From NCBI GenBank assembly GCA_965199755.1, contig CBDASZ010000001.1, positions 352,001-416,000 on the forward strand: 64,000 nucleotides of DNA. The letters are read 5' to 3'. The notes under the pieces were generated by a model. The model was not told the origin of the DNA, searched no databases, and was given only the letters and a program-made list of their open reading frames with translations. This stretch comes from an uncultured candidatus Porisulfidus sp. GTDB lineage: Bacteria > Pseudomonadota > Gammaproteobacteria > Poriferisulfidales > Poriferisulfidaceae. A program made the translations under genes and the position numbers. Every line of letters starts with the position of its first letter. Position 1 is the first letter of the stretch. Shown piece after piece: positions 18,145 through 29,176 of the stretch.

Positions 18145-19359
18145 ATGAGTGGTGATCTCCCATCAAACTCGCGCGTGGTTTCCGGCATGCGCCCAACCGG
18201 GCGTTTGCACCTCGGCCACTACCACGGCGTCATCCAAAACTGGACCGAACTCCAACACCAGCACGAATGCTTTTTCTTCGTCGCTGACTGGCATGCGCTG
18301 ACCACCCACTACGAAGAGACGCAACCGATAAGCGAGCATGTGTTCGACATGGTGGTCGATTGGCTGGCGTGCGGCCTCAGTCCCGGCGCGTGCGTCCTGT
18401 TTGTGCAGTCACGGGTGCCAGAACACGCAGAATTGCATCTGCTGCTATCCATGATCACACCGCTGAGTTGGCTGGAACGCGTCCCCAGTTACAAGGACAC
18501 TCAGGAGCAAAGCGACCGGGATCTTTCGACCTACGGGTTTCTGGGCTACCCGCTGCTGCAGGCCGCCGATATTCTCATATACAAGGCGCGTGCTGTGCCG
18601 GTTGGTGAGGATCAACGCGCGCATATTGAGTTCACGCGCGAAGTCGCGCGACGCTTCAACCATCTGTATGGCAGTGAACCGGACTTTGCCAAGCATGCGG
18701 AGCGCGCATTGGAGCGCCTGAACAAAACCGAAGCACGTCTGTACCGCCAGTGGCGGCGAGAGTTTCAGGAGCAGGGCAATATCGAATCCCTCGGTGCGGC
18801 CAGAGAGTTGCTGCGCTCAATGCAAAATCTGCCCATCGGAGAACTGGAACGGTTGGATGGCTATCTGGAAGGGGAGTGCCGGGTGATTCTCCCGGAACCA
18901 CAGGAATATCTGACCAAAGCGGCGAAAGTGCCCGGACTCGACGGGCGCAAGATGTCCAAGTCCTACCAGAACACGATCGAGTTGCGTGAAGAGCCGGATA
19001 CCCTTAAGAGAAAACTCATGGGAATGATGACGGACCCGGCGCGTAAGCGCCGCACCGATCCCGGTGACCCGGAGAAATGCCCGGTCTGGGATCTGCACCA
19101 GATCTATTCCGACGAGGACACGCGCACATGGGTGCAGCAGGGTTGCCGCAGCGCTGACATCGGTTGTATTGATTGTAAGGGTCGGGTTCTGGAACGTCTG
19201 GTCGAGGAGCTGCGCCCGATCCGTGAAGACGCCCGGAAATATCTGTCGGACAAAGCCAGTGTCATGGACATGATTCACGAAGGCTGTGAAGCCGCCCGCG
19301 ATGCGGCGCGCGATACGCTCGAAGACGTCAGCGCGGCGATGAGGCTGATCGATGACTGA
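18145..19359 (+). CDS. trpS: tryptophan--tRNA ligase
   Basis: SGMRPTGRLHLGH, YPLLQAADIL, VPVGEDQ, KMSKS. Confidence 0.96.
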   Translation: MSGDLPSNSRVVSGMRPTGRLHLGHYHGVIQNWTELQHQHECFFFVADWHALTTHYEETQPISEHVFDMVVDWLACGLSPGACVLFVQSRVPEHAELHLLLSMITPLSWLERVPSYKDTQEQSDRDLSTYGFLGYPLLQAADILIYKARAVPVGEDQRAHIEFTREVARRFNHLYGSEPDFAKHAERALERLNKTEARLYRQWRREFQEQGNIESLGAARELLRSMQNLPIGELERLDGYLEGECRVILPEPQEYLTKAAKVPGLDGRKMSKSYQNTIELREEPDTLKRKLMGMMTDPARKRRTDPGDPEKCPVWDLHQIYSDEDTRTWVQQGCRSADIGCIDCKGRVLERLVEELRPIREDARKYLSDKASVMDMIHEGCEAARDAARDTLEDVSAAMRLIDD

Positions 19360-20188
19360 AGCAGTCCCAACTCCGGCCCAGCGTGAAATTCCGCTGGCCA
19401 TGCTCAACGGTGAGGAAATCACGCAGTTGCCTGATGGGCTGTACATCCCGCCTGACGCACTGGAAGTGTTTCTGGATGAGTTCGAGGGGCCGCTCGACCT
19501 CTTGCTGTATCTGATCCGGCGACAAAACCTCGACATTCTGGATCTGCCGGTCGCCAAAATCACCGATCAGTACCTGCAGTACATCGCCTTGATGAACGAA
19601 CTGCAACTGGAACTGGCTTCTGAATATCTGGTGATGGCGGCCTTGCTGGCCGAGATCAAGTCCCGCTCCCTGTTGCCGCTGCCGCCAAGTGATGATGACG
19701 AAGAGGATTTGCGCGAGGAACTGATTCGCCGCCTGCAGGAATACGAGCGCTTCAAGAACGCGGCTAACGAACTCGATCAAGTGCCCAGACTGGAGCGCGA
19801 CATGTTCGACTTCACTCTGGAGGCCGCGGAGCTGGAAATTCCTCGTCCGCTGCCGCGTGTTGACGTGCACGAATTGCTCATGGCGCTGCAGTCCATGGAA
19901 CTGCGCGTGCAATTCAATCAAGCGCACCAGATTGAGACGGAGACCTTGTCGGTGCGGGATCGTATGTCCCAGGTTATGGAGCGTGTCACTCAGGACTCCG
20001 ACTGCGCCTTCCACCAGTTATACAGCTTGGAGGAAGGAAATATGGGAGTGGGCGTCACGCTGCTGGCGCTGCTCGAACTGCTGGCGCTGAACCTGATCGT
20101 GTGTGAACAGGAAGAAAATTACGGCCCGATCCGCATCCGCCGACAGGTCGGGGCAGAACCCCCGCAGGAAGTTGCAAGCCATGTCTGA
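19352..20188 (+). CDS. scpA: segregation and condensation protein A
   Basis: FEGPLDLLLYLI, IKSRSLLP. Confidence 0.95.
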   Translation: MTEAVPTPAQREIPLAMLNGEEITQLPDGLYIPPDALEVFLDEFEGPLDLLLYLIRRQNLDILDLPVAKITDQYLQYIALMNELQLELASEYLVMAALLAEIKSRSLLPLPPSDDDEEDLREELIRRLQEYERFKNAANELDQVPRLERDMFDFTLEAAELEIPRPLPRVDVHELLMALQSMELRVQFNQAHQIETETLSVRDRMSQVMERVTQDSDCAFHQLYSLEEGNMGVGVTLLALLELLALNLIVCEQEENYGPIRIRRQVGAEPPQEVASHV

Positions 20189-20795
20189 GTTCACCATCAA
20201 GGGAGCGGTGCAGGCCGCATTGCTGGTGGCGGACGCACCATTGTCGCTGGATGATTTGCGCAAGTTGTTCTCCGCATCGGAAGGCCCAGACACGGAGGAG
20301 TTGAAGGCCGCGCTTGCGGAACTGGAATCTGAATGCGCGTCATGCAGTTTCTCGCTGGTGCGCGTCGCCAGCGGTTGGCGTTATCAGGTGGATGCCGGAT
20401 ACGCGCAGATCATAGGACGTCTTTGGGAACGTCGCCCGCCGCGCTACTCAGCCGCCTTGCTGGAGACACTGGCCCTGATTGCATACCGTCAGCCGATTAC
20501 GCGCGGTGAGATTGAGCGTGTGCGCGGTGTGGCCTCCAGCACGCAGATCATGCAAACTTTGACCGAGCGCAACTGGGTGCGTATCGCTGGCTACAAGCAA
20601 ACCCCGGGACGCCCGGCACTGTACGCGACGACCAAGGACTTCCTTGATTATTTTGGCCTGAAAAACCTCAAAGAATTGCCGGCGCTGCCGGAGTTGCCGT
20701 CCCCGGAAGAAGCCGATCCGCAGTTGCCGATGCCAGGAATGGCTCCGCCACCGGATGTCGAGACGCCGGAGTCTGATACTGACGATGCCGCCTGA
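20181..20795 (+). CDS. scpB: SMC-Scp complex subunit ScpB
   Basis: LETLALIAYRQPITRGEIE, PGRPALY, FLDYFGL. Confidence 0.95.
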   Translation: MSEFTIKGAVQAALLVADAPLSLDDLRKLFSASEGPDTEELKAALAELESECASCSFSLVRVASGWRYQVDAGYAQIIGRLWERRPPRYSAALLETLALIAYRQPITRGEIERVRGVASSTQIMQTLTERNWVRIAGYKQTPGRPALYATTKDFLDYFGLKNLKELPALPELPSPEEADPQLPMPGMAPPPDVETPESDTDDAA

Positions 20796-21534
20796 GCCGG
20801 CCGACGCGCCGACGCGCATCCAAAAACTTGTTGCCGATGCCGGTCTGGCTTCGCGCCGTCAGGCGGAAGCCTGGATCGTGGCTGGTCGCGTGCTGTTAAA
20901 CGGCAAACCCGCCCGACCCGGCGATCGAGCCGGTGCGCAGGATGTAGTCACCGTTGACGGACAGCCGCTCCAGATTGCTGCCGCCGCATCCCGCCAGGTC
21001 GCGGCCTATCACAAGCCCCGCGGCCAGGTGACGACGCGCTCTGATGAGCAGGGCCGCCCCACGGTGTTCTCCGCCTTGCCGTCGGTCGCACAAGGCCGCT
21101 GGATCAGCGTCGGCCGTCTGGACTTGCAGACTTCAGGATTGTTGCTGATGACCACGGACGGTGCGTTGGCCAACCGTCTGATGCACCCAAGCAGTCAGAT
21201 TCAGCGCCGCTATCAGGTACGTGTGCGCGGTGTGGCGAGTCGGGAGCAATTGCAGCGTCTGGAGCTTGGGGTGCGACTCGACGATGGCAAAGCCTGTTTT
21301 GAGTACGTGCGTCCCGGCTCAGGTCAGGGGGTGAATCGCTGGTATGAAGTGGCGTTGCGCGAGGGGCGCAATCGAGAAGTGCGCCGCCTGTGGCAGGCGG
21401 TCGGACTTGAAGTCAGCCGTCTGATCCGAATCGGCTACGGTCCGATAGCACTGGACCGCACACAACGTGCGGGAGAATTGCGTTGGCTGTCGGATCGAGA
21501 GATTCGCGCGCTTGAGCGCGCCTGCGCGGCGTGA
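20785..21534 (+). CDS. rluB: 23S rRNA pseudouridine synthase RluB
   Basis: S4 domain, VGRLD, EGRNREVRRL. Follows scpAB. Confidence 0.88.
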   Translation: MPPEPADAPTRIQKLVADAGLASRRQAEAWIVAGRVLLNGKPARPGDRAGAQDVVTVDGQPLQIAAAASRQVAAYHKPRGQVTTRSDEQGRPTVFSALPSVAQGRWISVGRLDLQTSGLLLMTTDGALANRLMHPSSQIQRRYQVRVRGVASREQLQRLELGVRLDDGKACFEYVRPGSGQGVNRWYEVALREGRNREVRRLWQAVGLEVSRLIRIGYGPIALDRTQRAGELRWLSDREIRALERACAA

Positions 21535-21538
21535 CGAC

Positions 21539-24500
21539 TTAAAAACTCCACGTCATGCCGAGTTTGAAGCGCCGTCCTTTGGGATCATGCGTGAGGCCGT
21601 CATAGCCGCTCTCCAGATTGATCCGTGGCGGTCTCTCATCGGTCACATTCAACAGACTCAGGACCAAGGCGATATCTTGTTCCGGCATGCGCCACATAAA
21701 CGTCGCATCCCACGTGATGTGACTTTCAATATGCGGAGCGTACTGGCCGCCGGGTTCGTCATACGATGAAATGTAATTGAAGTGGTTCGACAGGATATAG
21801 TTGCCCCAGCCATAACTCAGTCCCAGCGACCCCTTCCATTCGGGGAGGGCGACGGCCAGAGGGTGGCCGAAATTCAAGCGGCCAGCACCGTCGCGCGCAG
21901 GCTCCATCTCAATGCCATTGAGGGAGAACGCCTTGACGTCATAGTCGATGGTATAGGTGAAATCCAAAGTCGCATTCAACGTGCCGGGCTCAATGTCAAA
22001 CGCCCCGGTCCAGCGAAAATCCACACCGGAAGTCTCCAGTCCCGGCCAGTTGACCAGCGGCACCACCATGCGCGTCATGTCTACAGCCGCGCAGGGTTCC
22101 TCACCTCGCGCCACAATGTCCGATCCCCGCCCGCCCGGACACACCACGTATTCGGCGACTGAATTGCGGACGGCGGCATCGCGGCTGGCGTAGATTCCGG
22201 CGATGCTGGCGTAGGGTGCTGAGGCGATCACATCGTCAAATTCGTATTTCCAGTAATCCACTGTGATATTGTGTCCGTCCTCGGTCTCCACGATCAGCCC
22301 GAAGTTGTAGGTCAACGCTTCTTCAGGCTCCAGACCGCTGCTGCCAATCCGATCCACCGCGATGTAGCCGCCGGTCGGGGCCACCCACTCCAGAGTCGTC
22401 AGCGGATTTTCGTTGATATCGTCCACCGACGGGGTGCGGAAGGTGGTCTGCACCGAGCCGCGCAGTGTCAGCGCGTCGGTGGCACGCCACAGCACCGCCA
22501 GCCGCGGATCAAAACTGCTGTTCTCCTTGTAGTCTTCATAGTTCGCGGCCAACTGGATGTCCCAGTCCTCCCCCCAGCTGAACGCCACCTCGCCGTAGGC
22601 GCGGTTGGCCGTATGGTGGACATCGTAACCCGCGTACAGACTGCTGAAAATGTATGGTCCTATCTGATCCTTTTGGAACCCTTCCTGATAGCCATCCTCG
22701 CCGGGTATGCAGCTGCGGTCGAAGCGCACCGGGCAGGGGTGCACCTCAATATTGCCTTCGGTATTGGGTGTTGCGCGCGCTTCAAAGCGACGCCATTGAT
22801 AACCCAGAGCATAACTGGCGATGCCAGGAATCCATTCTTCACTGAGCGTGAAGTCAAACACCAGCAGATCTGCTTCGCTCTCCAGATTTGCCAATCCGCT
22901 ATTCAGCCAGTTGAGCATCTCCGGCGAGTTCGCCAGTTCCGGGCGGAAGGTCGGATTCGCATTGTTTCTGAACTCCGCACCGGGCTGTGCTGAAAACTGT
23001 GAAGAATTGCTAAACGGGTTGTAATACTCACAGTTGCCTTCCCCCGGCCTCAAGCCCATCGGATTGTCCACGCGCATCTTGGCCGCTAGACCGTAGTCGG
23101 CCGTCACCCCTACGCCACAGTCCGGCCCGCCGAAGCCGCGATAGGCGAGAAACAGCCTCTCGGTGTACACGCCCGGTGAATTGATGTTGCCGCGCGAGTG
23201 CGAGTAATTCAGGCCTAGGTCGTATTGGTATTCGGAATCTCCGAGTTCAAATATCCCATCCAGTGATCCAGCCAGCCGCCAAGTGCGCATCTCACGCTCG
23301 GCTGTAGTGCCGGTGCCCTGATTGCCAACCGGGCGACCGCGGAAATACCAGGGATGGGCTTCAGCGCAATCGGCAACATCAGGATAGTCCGCGCAAAAGG
23401 CCAGTCTTCCCGGATGGTCCGCGCCGACCTCCATGACGTTGGAGGACAGCAGTACGAAGGGCGGAAAGGTCGGGCTGGTCAGATACTTCGGCACCTCGGA
23501 GCGAGCCCACAAGGCTTCCAGATGCCAGGTGCCCGAATCGCCCCAGTCACCGTTGAGTTCTCCGAATAGCCGCGTATAGCGGGTGTCAGGGATCACGTTG
23601 TCAAATGGCTGATACCGGAACCGGCAGGTCCAGGGTTCCTGGTAGCCGCCAAACTCTTCGCATAACGGGTCCTGAATGATGACGCCGGGTTTTCGTGCGC
23701 CCATGCTGTCCGTAGGATAAAACACGCCGGGGTTGCCGACACTCGACCAGCCGCCGCGCTGATCCCCACCTTCCCAAGGCATCAAAAGATGACCGCGCTC
23801 TTCCATGGACAATTGTGTGCGGTGTTCGTACTCTGCGCTCAGTACGGCATGCGCCTCGCCGAGGCTGCCGCCCCAAATGCCGCCCAGAATGGTGTTGCCG
23901 GCACCCGATATCGCATCGTGTGATGCCGACAGATCGAATCCTTCAAAGTCGTCGCGCGTGACGAAATTGACCACGCCGCTGACCGCGTCCGAGCCGTAAA
24001 TCGCCGCGGCTCCCTCCTTGAGAATATCCACCTGCTTGATCGCCGTGGTCGGAATATGGTTGGTGTCGACAAAGCGCCCGCCGATCAGACGCGCCGGCAG
24101 ATACACTTGCCGCCGGCCGTTCAAAAGCACCAGCGTTCGGGACGCCCCGAGCCCGCGCAGATTGACATTACCGACGCTGGTTCCAATCGTATTGGCCTGA
24201 CCTGAGTTGAAATAACTGTTGACATCGCCGACCACGCCATGACTGGCCCCGATGCTCTTGAATAAATCGTTGAGCACCGGAAACCCCCGATCCTCCAGCG
24301 AGGAGCGGTTCATGGAGGTCAAGGCGTACGCGGAGTCAATCGGTGTCCCCTTGATGGAGGTGCCGGTCACCGTGATCTCTTCGGTAGCCTCTTGTTCTGA
24401 TAGGGCCAGATTCGGGAGCATCAGTCCCAGCACTGCTGACAACAGCAGGGTTGCGGGTACTTTCTGGCGGCGGATTTGCGCACCTCTTGGCGACGCAGCG

Positions 24501-24544
24501 AGTGGGTGCCGTATGTTCAAAAATTTGAGCGATTTATGCTGCAT
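21539..24544 (-). CDS. TonB-dependent outer membrane receptor
   Basis: TonB box EEITVTG, NLRGLG..RTLVLLNGRR, YGSDAVSGVVNF, C-terminal F. Confidence 0.93.
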   Translation of the reverse strand: MQHKSLKFLNIRHPLAASPRGAQIRRQKVPATLLLSAVLGLMLPNLALSEQEATEEITVTGTSIKGTPIDSAYALTSMNRSSLEDRGFPVLNDLFKSIGASHGVVGDVNSYFNSGQANTIGTSVGNVNLRGLGASRTLVLLNGRRQVYLPARLIGGRFVDTNHIPTTAIKQVDILKEGAAAIYGSDAVSGVVNFVTRDDFEGFDLSASHDAISGAGNTILGGIWGGSLGEAHAVLSAEYEHRTQLSMEERGHLLMPWEGGDQRGGWSSVGNPGVFYPTDSMGARKPGVIIQDPLCEEFGGYQEPWTCRFRYQPFDNVIPDTRYTRLFGELNGDWGDSGTWHLEALWARSEVPKYLTSPTFPPFVLLSSNVMEVGADHPGRLAFCADYPDVADCAEAHPWYFRGRPVGNQGTGTTAEREMRTWRLAGSLDGIFELGDSEYQYDLGLNYSHSRGNINSPGVYTERLFLAYRGFGGPDCGVGVTADYGLAAKMRVDNPMGLRPGEGNCEYYNPFSNSSQFSAQPGAEFRNNANPTFRPELANSPEMLNWLNSGLANLESEADLLVFDFTLSEEWIPGIASYALGYQWRRFEARATPNTEGNIEVHPCPVRFDRSCIPGEDGYQEGFQKDQIGPYIFSSLYAGYDVHHTANRAYGEVAFSWGEDWDIQLAANYEDYKENSSFDPRLAVLWRATDALTLRGSVQTTFRTPSVDDINENPLTTLEWVAPTGGYIAVDRIGSSGLEPEEALTYNFGLIVETEDGHNITVDYWKYEFDDVIASAPYASIAGIYASRDAAVRNSVAEYVVCPGGRGSDIVARGEEPCAAVDMTRMVVPLVNWPGLETSGVDFRWTGAFDIEPGTLNATLDFTYTIDYDVKAFSLNGIEMEPARDGAGRLNFGHPLAVALPEWKGSLGLSYGWGNYILSNHFNYISSYDEPGGQYAPHIESHITWDATFMWRMPEQDIALVLSLLNVTDERPPRINLESGYDGLTHDPKGRRFKLGMTWSF

Positions 24545-24589
24545 CTCGACTGTGCCAGCATGGATTTTATACTAGTCCGTCCAGCCGCC

Positions 24590-25201
24590 TTACATTCCGT
24601 GCACTTGCGCATGACAGGGTCGCGCCTCCGTGTACGGCTCCACCTGCTCAGGATTCTCTAAAATCCGCTGCAACTGCGCTGCGGCCGCCTCAAAATCATC
24701 GTTCATCACACAGTGCTCGAAGTCGCCGCAATGCCGGATCTCATCGCGCGCCTCACCCAGACGCCGTTGAATTACCTCCGAACTGTCGGTGCCGCGCCCA
24801 CGCAGGCGCTGCTCCAGCGTGTCAATTGAGGGCGGCAGGATAAAGATACTGATCGCCTCCGGCATTTGTGCGCGCACCAACTGCGCGCCTTGCCAGTCAA
24901 TTTCCAGAATCACGCTGCGCCCGGCCTCGGTATGCCGCGCCACTTCCGTACGAGAAGTTCCGTAGTGGTATCCAAACACTTCCGCGTGCTCCCAAAACGC
25001 ATCGCGCGCAATCAGATCCGCGAATTCCTCTCGCGACACAAAGTAATAGTCCACGCCTTCCTCATCGCCCGGACGCTTCGTCCGCGTGGTGTGCGAGACA
25101 CTCACCGCCAGTTGCGCATTGCGCCGCAGCATCTCTCGTACCAGCGAGGTCTTGCCGGCACCCGAAGGTGCCGTGATGATGAATAGACGGCCCTCAGGCA
25201 T
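24590..25201 (-). CDS. gmk: guanylate kinase
   Basis: APSGAGKTS, SHTTR, YGT, LEIDWQGA. Confidence 0.96.
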   Translation of the reverse strand: MPEGRLFIITAPSGAGKTSLVREMLRRNAQLAVSVSHTTRTKRPGDEEGVDYYFVSREEFADLIARDAFWEHAEVFGYHYGTSRTEVARHTEAGRSVILEIDWQGAQLVRAQMPEAISIFILPPSIDTLEQRLRGRGTDSSEVIQRRLGEARDEIRHCGDFEHCVMNDDFEAAAAQLQRILENPEQVEPYTEARPCHAQVHGM

Positions 25202-26066
25202 CCCGCTTGGGCTCCTGATCCGTGCGTTCCTCGTCCTCAATGGCGTCCAGCTCCTGATCCATTTCTTCCGCTGACATGGGCCGAAAGCGCGCTTCCTCGG
25301 TCTCTTCTTCTGTCTGCTCCTGCACGCGCATCCGCACCAGCGTGGAGAACACAATGCCCGCTTCATACAGCAGCCAGACCGGCACGGCGAGCAGCGTTTG
25401 TGAGATCACGTCCGGTGGCGTCAGCAGCATGCCGATGACGAACGCGGCGACGATCACGTAAGGGCGAATTTCACGCAGACGCTTCGGTGTAGTGGTGCCC
25501 GTCACCACCAGCGCGACGGTGACAATTGGTACCTCAAAAGCCAGCCCAAACGCGATGAACAACTTCACCACAAAATCCAGAAAGCGATTGATGTCGGTCA
25601 TCACAGCGACGCCTTCCGGAGCGGTACTGACAAAAAACCCGAACACCAGCGGAAACACTACTGCGTAGGCGAACACCATGCCCAGATAAAACAGCACAAT
25701 GCTGGAGAACAGCACCGGTGCTGCGAGACGCTTCTCATGGCGATACAGTCCCGGCGCGGCGAATGACCACAACTGATACAGGGTATACGGGATGGTCAGC
25801 ACAATCGCCGCAAGCAGCGTCAGTTTGAACGGCGCGAGAAACGGGGAGGCGACATCGATCGCTACCATCGAATGACCCTCAGGCAGGCTGTCGAGCAGCG
25901 GCGTGGCGAGCCACGAATACAACTCATTGGCGAACGGCAAAAGGCACCCCAGCGCGATGCCGATCACCAGCACTGCCCGCAACAGCCGGTCGCGCAACTC
26001 GACCAGATGACTCAGAAAAGAGCTCTCCGGCTCAGTCGGATTGCGATCGGGTGCGTCCGTGCTCAT
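25194..26066 (-). CDS. tatC: Tat translocase TatC
   Basis: HLVELRDRL, PGLYRHE, FEVP, TPPD. Confidence 0.96.
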   Translation of the reverse strand: MSTDAPDRNPTEPESSFLSHLVELRDRLLRAVLVIGIALGCLLPFANELYSWLATPLLDSLPEGHSMVAIDVASPFLAPFKLTLLAAIVLTIPYTLYQLWSFAAPGLYRHEKRLAAPVLFSSIVLFYLGMVFAYAVVFPLVFGFFVSTAPEGVAVMTDINRFLDFVVKLFIAFGLAFEVPIVTVALVVTGTTTPKRLREIRPYVIVAAFVIGMLLTPPDVISQTLLAVPVWLLYEAGIVFSTLVRMRVQEQTEEETEEARFRPMSAEEMDQELDAIEDEERTDQEPKRDA

Positions 26067-26388
26067 CTTCAGGTGTGGCGCCTGTGTCCGTCTGCGCGCT
26101 TTCTTCCAGTTGTCGTTCAATCGCACCGACCACCGGATCGGAGGCCCCGGATTCCTGCACGATGTCGCGCAACTCCTCGATTTGATTCTGCTGCTCGCGC
26201 AGCACTTCGCGCAATTCCTCGGTTTGTGCTTCCTGCTCGATGTTCTGGCGCAGCTGGTGGATCATGGAGCGCATCTTGCCAATCCAGGAGCCGACTTGAG
26301 AGGCTAGGCGTGGCAAGCGCTGCGGGCCGACCACGACAAGCGCGACCAGCATCACCAGGATCAATTCCCAGAAGCCGAAGTCGAACAT
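26032..26388 (-). CDS. tatB: Tat translocase TatB
   Basis: MFDFGFWEL..GPQRLP. Confidence 0.95.
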   Translation of the reverse strand: MFDFGFWELILVMLVALVVVGPQRLPRLASQVGSWIGKMRSMIHQLRQNIEQEAQTEELREVLREQQNQIEELRDIVQESGASDPVVGAIERQLEESAQTDTGATPEDEHGRTRSQSD

Positions 26389-26412
26389 AACGCAATGCCC
26401 GAGGGCAGGGGG

Positions 26413-26622
26413 TCAGGAATCGGTAGAACTCTTCGGAGTCTTGGATTCGGATTCGTCTTGCGCTTCCGGCTCCGATTCGGATTGCTCGGAACGCTGCATG
26501 GACTGCTTGAAATTGCGGATCGCGCCGCCGAGATCACCGCCAAGACTGCGCAGCCGCTTGGTGCCAAACAGCAACAGCACAATGGCCAGCACAATCAGGA
26601 GTTGCCAGATACTAATGCCCAT
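26413..26622 (-). CDS. tatA: Tat translocase TatA
   Basis: [20 protein letters not shown]. Confidence 0.95.
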   Translation of the reverse strand: MGISIWQLLIVLAIVLLLFGTKRLRSLGGDLGGAIRNFKQSMQRSEQSESEPEAQDESESKTPKSSTDS

Positions 26623-26671
26623 AAGAGGTGGCTCCGATGCAATCCATTAGAGTTCGCATTGTACCGCAGGG

Positions 26672-26998
26672 CTACTCGCCGCGCCGTGCCTTTTCTTCCA
26701 GCCCGGAGGTGCCGAAGCGCTGCTGCAGCTCCGCCGCGATGTCTTCCACTGTCAATCCGCGATGCGCCAGCAGCACCAAAGTGTGAAACCACAGGTCGGC
26801 GACTTCATGGCGCAACTGTGCCGCATCACTATCTGCCGCCTGCACCACTTCTTCGGCTTCCTCGAGAATTTTGGCATTGATCGCGGGCAGGCCGTCGCGG
26901 TGCAGCCGCGCCACGTAAGACTGCTCCGGGTCCGCATCACGGCGCTCGCGAAGCACCGTCATCAACTGCTCTAGGATCTCGGTGGTGGATATGCTCAT
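26672..26998 (-). CDS. hisE: phosphoribosyl-ATP diphosphatase
   Basis: [30 protein letters not shown]. Confidence 0.94.
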   Translation of the reverse strand: MSISTTEILEQLMTVLRERRDADPEQSYVARLHRDGLPAINAKILEEAEEVVQAADSDAAQLRHEVADLWFHTLVLLAHRGLTVEDIAAELQQRFGTSGLEEKARRGE

Positions 26999-27774
26999 GA
27001 GTCCAGCCTCATTTCAATGCCGCAGCCGTGCAGGTGTTCCTTGGCCTCGCGGATGGTGTGTTCCTGAAAATGAAAGATACTCGCCGCCAGCACCGCGTCC
27101 GCGCCGCCTTCCGTCACCCCGTCGGCCAGATGCTGCAGGGTGCCGACTCCGCCGGAAGCAATCACTGGAATGCGCACCGCCTCGCTGATGGTGCGCGTCA
27201 ATTCCAGATCAAAGCCCTCGCGGGTGCCATCTCGATCCATGCTGGTCAGCAGGATTTCGCCGGCCCCGTAGGCTTCCATGCGCTCGGCCCATTCCAGCGC
27301 ATCCAGTCCGGTGTCCTTGCGCCCGCCATGTGTGAAAATGTCCCAGCGCGCAGGTTCTCCCGGCTTGCTGACCCGCTTGGCGTCAATCGCGACCACGATG
27401 CACTGGTTGCCGACCGCGTCACTGGCCTCGCGCACAAACTCCGGGTGCGCCACCGCCGCGGTGTTGATCCCGACCTTGTCAGCGCCGGCGCGCAGCAGGG
27501 TGCGAATGTTGTCTACGGTGCGCACGCCGCCGCCTACCGTGAGCGGTATAAATACCTGTTCAGCCACCTGTTCGACCATGCGCAGCGTGGTGTTGCGCTC
27601 GTGGTGGCTGGCGGTGATGTCAAGAAACGTGATTTCATCCGCGCCTTCGAGATCGTAGCGCCGCGCGATCTCCACCGGATCACCGGCATCGCGGATGTCA
27701 ACGAACTTGACGCCCTTGACGACCCGGCCCGCATCGACGTCCAGACAGGGGATGATGCGTTTGGCCAGACCCAT
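26995..27774 (-). CDS. hisF: imidazole glycerol phosphate synthase cyclase subunit
   Basis: [21 protein letters not shown]. Confidence 0.97.
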   Translation of the reverse strand: MGLAKRIIPCLDVDAGRVVKGVKFVDIRDAGDPVEIARRYDLEGADEITFLDITASHHERNTTLRMVEQVAEQVFIPLTVGGGVRTVDNIRTLLRAGADKVGINTAAVAHPEFVREASDAVGNQCIVVAIDAKRVSKPGEPARWDIFTHGGRKDTGLDALEWAERMEAYGAGEILLTSMDRDGTREGFDLELTRTISEAVRIPVIASGGVGTLQHLADGVTEGGADAVLAASIFHFQEHTIREAKEHLHGCGIEMRLDS

Positions 27775-28502
27775 CAGTCTTGTGTCAGGGCGATCGCCTC
27801 GCGCAAATCAATACGCTGCTCATACAGAGCACGCCCAATAATGGCACCGCTGATGCCTTCATCAGAGACCCGCTGCAGCGCTTCGATATCCTGCAACTCG
27901 GTGATGCCGCCAGAGGCGATGACCGGCACCGGAATCGCGCGCGCCAGTTCCGCTGTGGAATCGACATTGCTGCCCTGCATCATGCCATCGCGGCTGATGT
28001 CGGTGTAGACAATAGCCGCCACGCCTTCTTGCGCCAACTGTTCCGCCAGATCAATGACGTTGTGGTGCGACAACTTGGACCAGCCGTCAGTGGCGACCTT
28101 GCCGTCCTTCGCGTCCAGCCCAATGATGATGTGGCCGGGGAACTCCAGACACAACTCCTCGACATAGTGCGGCTCGCGCACCGCGCGGGTGCCCATCACG
28201 GCGTAGTGCACGCCGATGTCGAGGTAGGTCTGAATGGCGTCATCGGTGCGGATGCCGCCGCCGACTTGAATGTCAATGTTGGGCTGGCTGTTGACGATTT
28301 GCGCGATGATCCGCTGATTGACCGGAGTGCCGGCGGCGGCACCGTCAAGATCGACCAGATGCAGGCGCTTCGCGCCCTGACTGACCCAGTGATCGGCCAT
28401 GCCGACCGGGTCGTCAGAGAACACGGTCTCATCGTCCATACGGCCCTGGCGCAGGCGTACGCACAGGCCGTTCTTGATATCGATGGCGGGGATGATTTGC
28501 AT
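27774..28502 (-). CDS. hisA: ProFAR isomerase
   Basis: [23 protein letters not shown]. Confidence 0.97.
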   Translation of the reverse strand: MQIIPAIDIKNGLCVRLRQGRMDDETVFSDDPVGMADHWVSQGAKRLHLVDLDGAAAGTPVNQRIIAQIVNSQPNIDIQVGGGIRTDDAIQTYLDIGVHYAVMGTRAVREPHYVEELCLEFPGHIIIGLDAKDGKVATDGWSKLSHHNVIDLAEQLAQEGVAAIVYTDISRDGMMQGSNVDSTAELARAIPVPVIASGGITELQDIEALQRVSDEGISGAIIGRALYEQRIDLREAIALTQD

Positions 28503-28522
28503 GTGGGTCTCGCAATGCATGA

Positions 28523-29161
28523 CTAGTGCTGCCCGTCCCAGTTGAGGAAGTTGCGCATCAGGCGCAGTCCGTGCTGACCGCTTTTCTCCGGGTGCGCCTG
28601 AATGGCGAACGCCGGGCCGCGCGCCAGCGCGGCAGTGAAGGGTACCGCATAGTCGCTCTGCCCGATCGTGATGTCATCGTCCTTGGGCGCGGTGTAGTAA
28701 CTGTGCACAAAGTAGAAGCGGCTGCCGTCAGGGATGCCTTCCCAAAGCGGGTGCGGGCGCTGGCGGATGCCGTTCCAGCCCATGTGTGGAATCTTCACAG
28801 AGGCGTCATCTTGCACGTGCGGCGCGAACGCGCGGACCTCGCCAGCGAACAGCCCAAGGCCGTCGACGCCGTCATTTTCCTCGCTGCGTTCCATCAGCAC
28901 TTGCATGCCCATGCAGATGCCCAGAAACGGGCGCTCACGCGCCGCATCCGCAACCGCGCCAAGCAAATTCTTGTCTCGCAGAGATTGCATGCAGTGTCGC
29001 GCCGCGCCTTGTCCGGGAAACACCACGCGATCGGCGTCTTCCACCATCTGCGGCTCGGTGGCAATTCGAATGTCAAGTTCCGGGCTCGCCAGTGAGTGCA
29101 GTGCGTTATGCACGGAGCGTAAATTGCCGAAATTGAAGTCGACAATGGCAACAGTCTGCAT
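28523..29161 (-). CDS. hisH: imidazole glycerol phosphate synthase glutaminase subunit
   Basis: GNLRSV, PGQG, GICMGMQ, FVHSY, HPEKS. Confidence 0.96.
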   Translation of the reverse strand: MQTVAIVDFNFGNLRSVHNALHSLASPELDIRIATEPQMVEDADRVVFPGQGAARHCMQSLRDKNLLGAVADAARERPFLGICMGMQVLMERSEENDGVDGLGLFAGEVRAFAPHVQDDASVKIPHMGWNGIRQRPHPLWEGIPDGSRFYFVHSYYTAPKDDDITIGQSDYAVPFTAALARGPAFAIQAHPEKSGQHGLRLMRNFLNWDGQH

Positions 29162-29176
29162 GGTCCACCCGACGTG

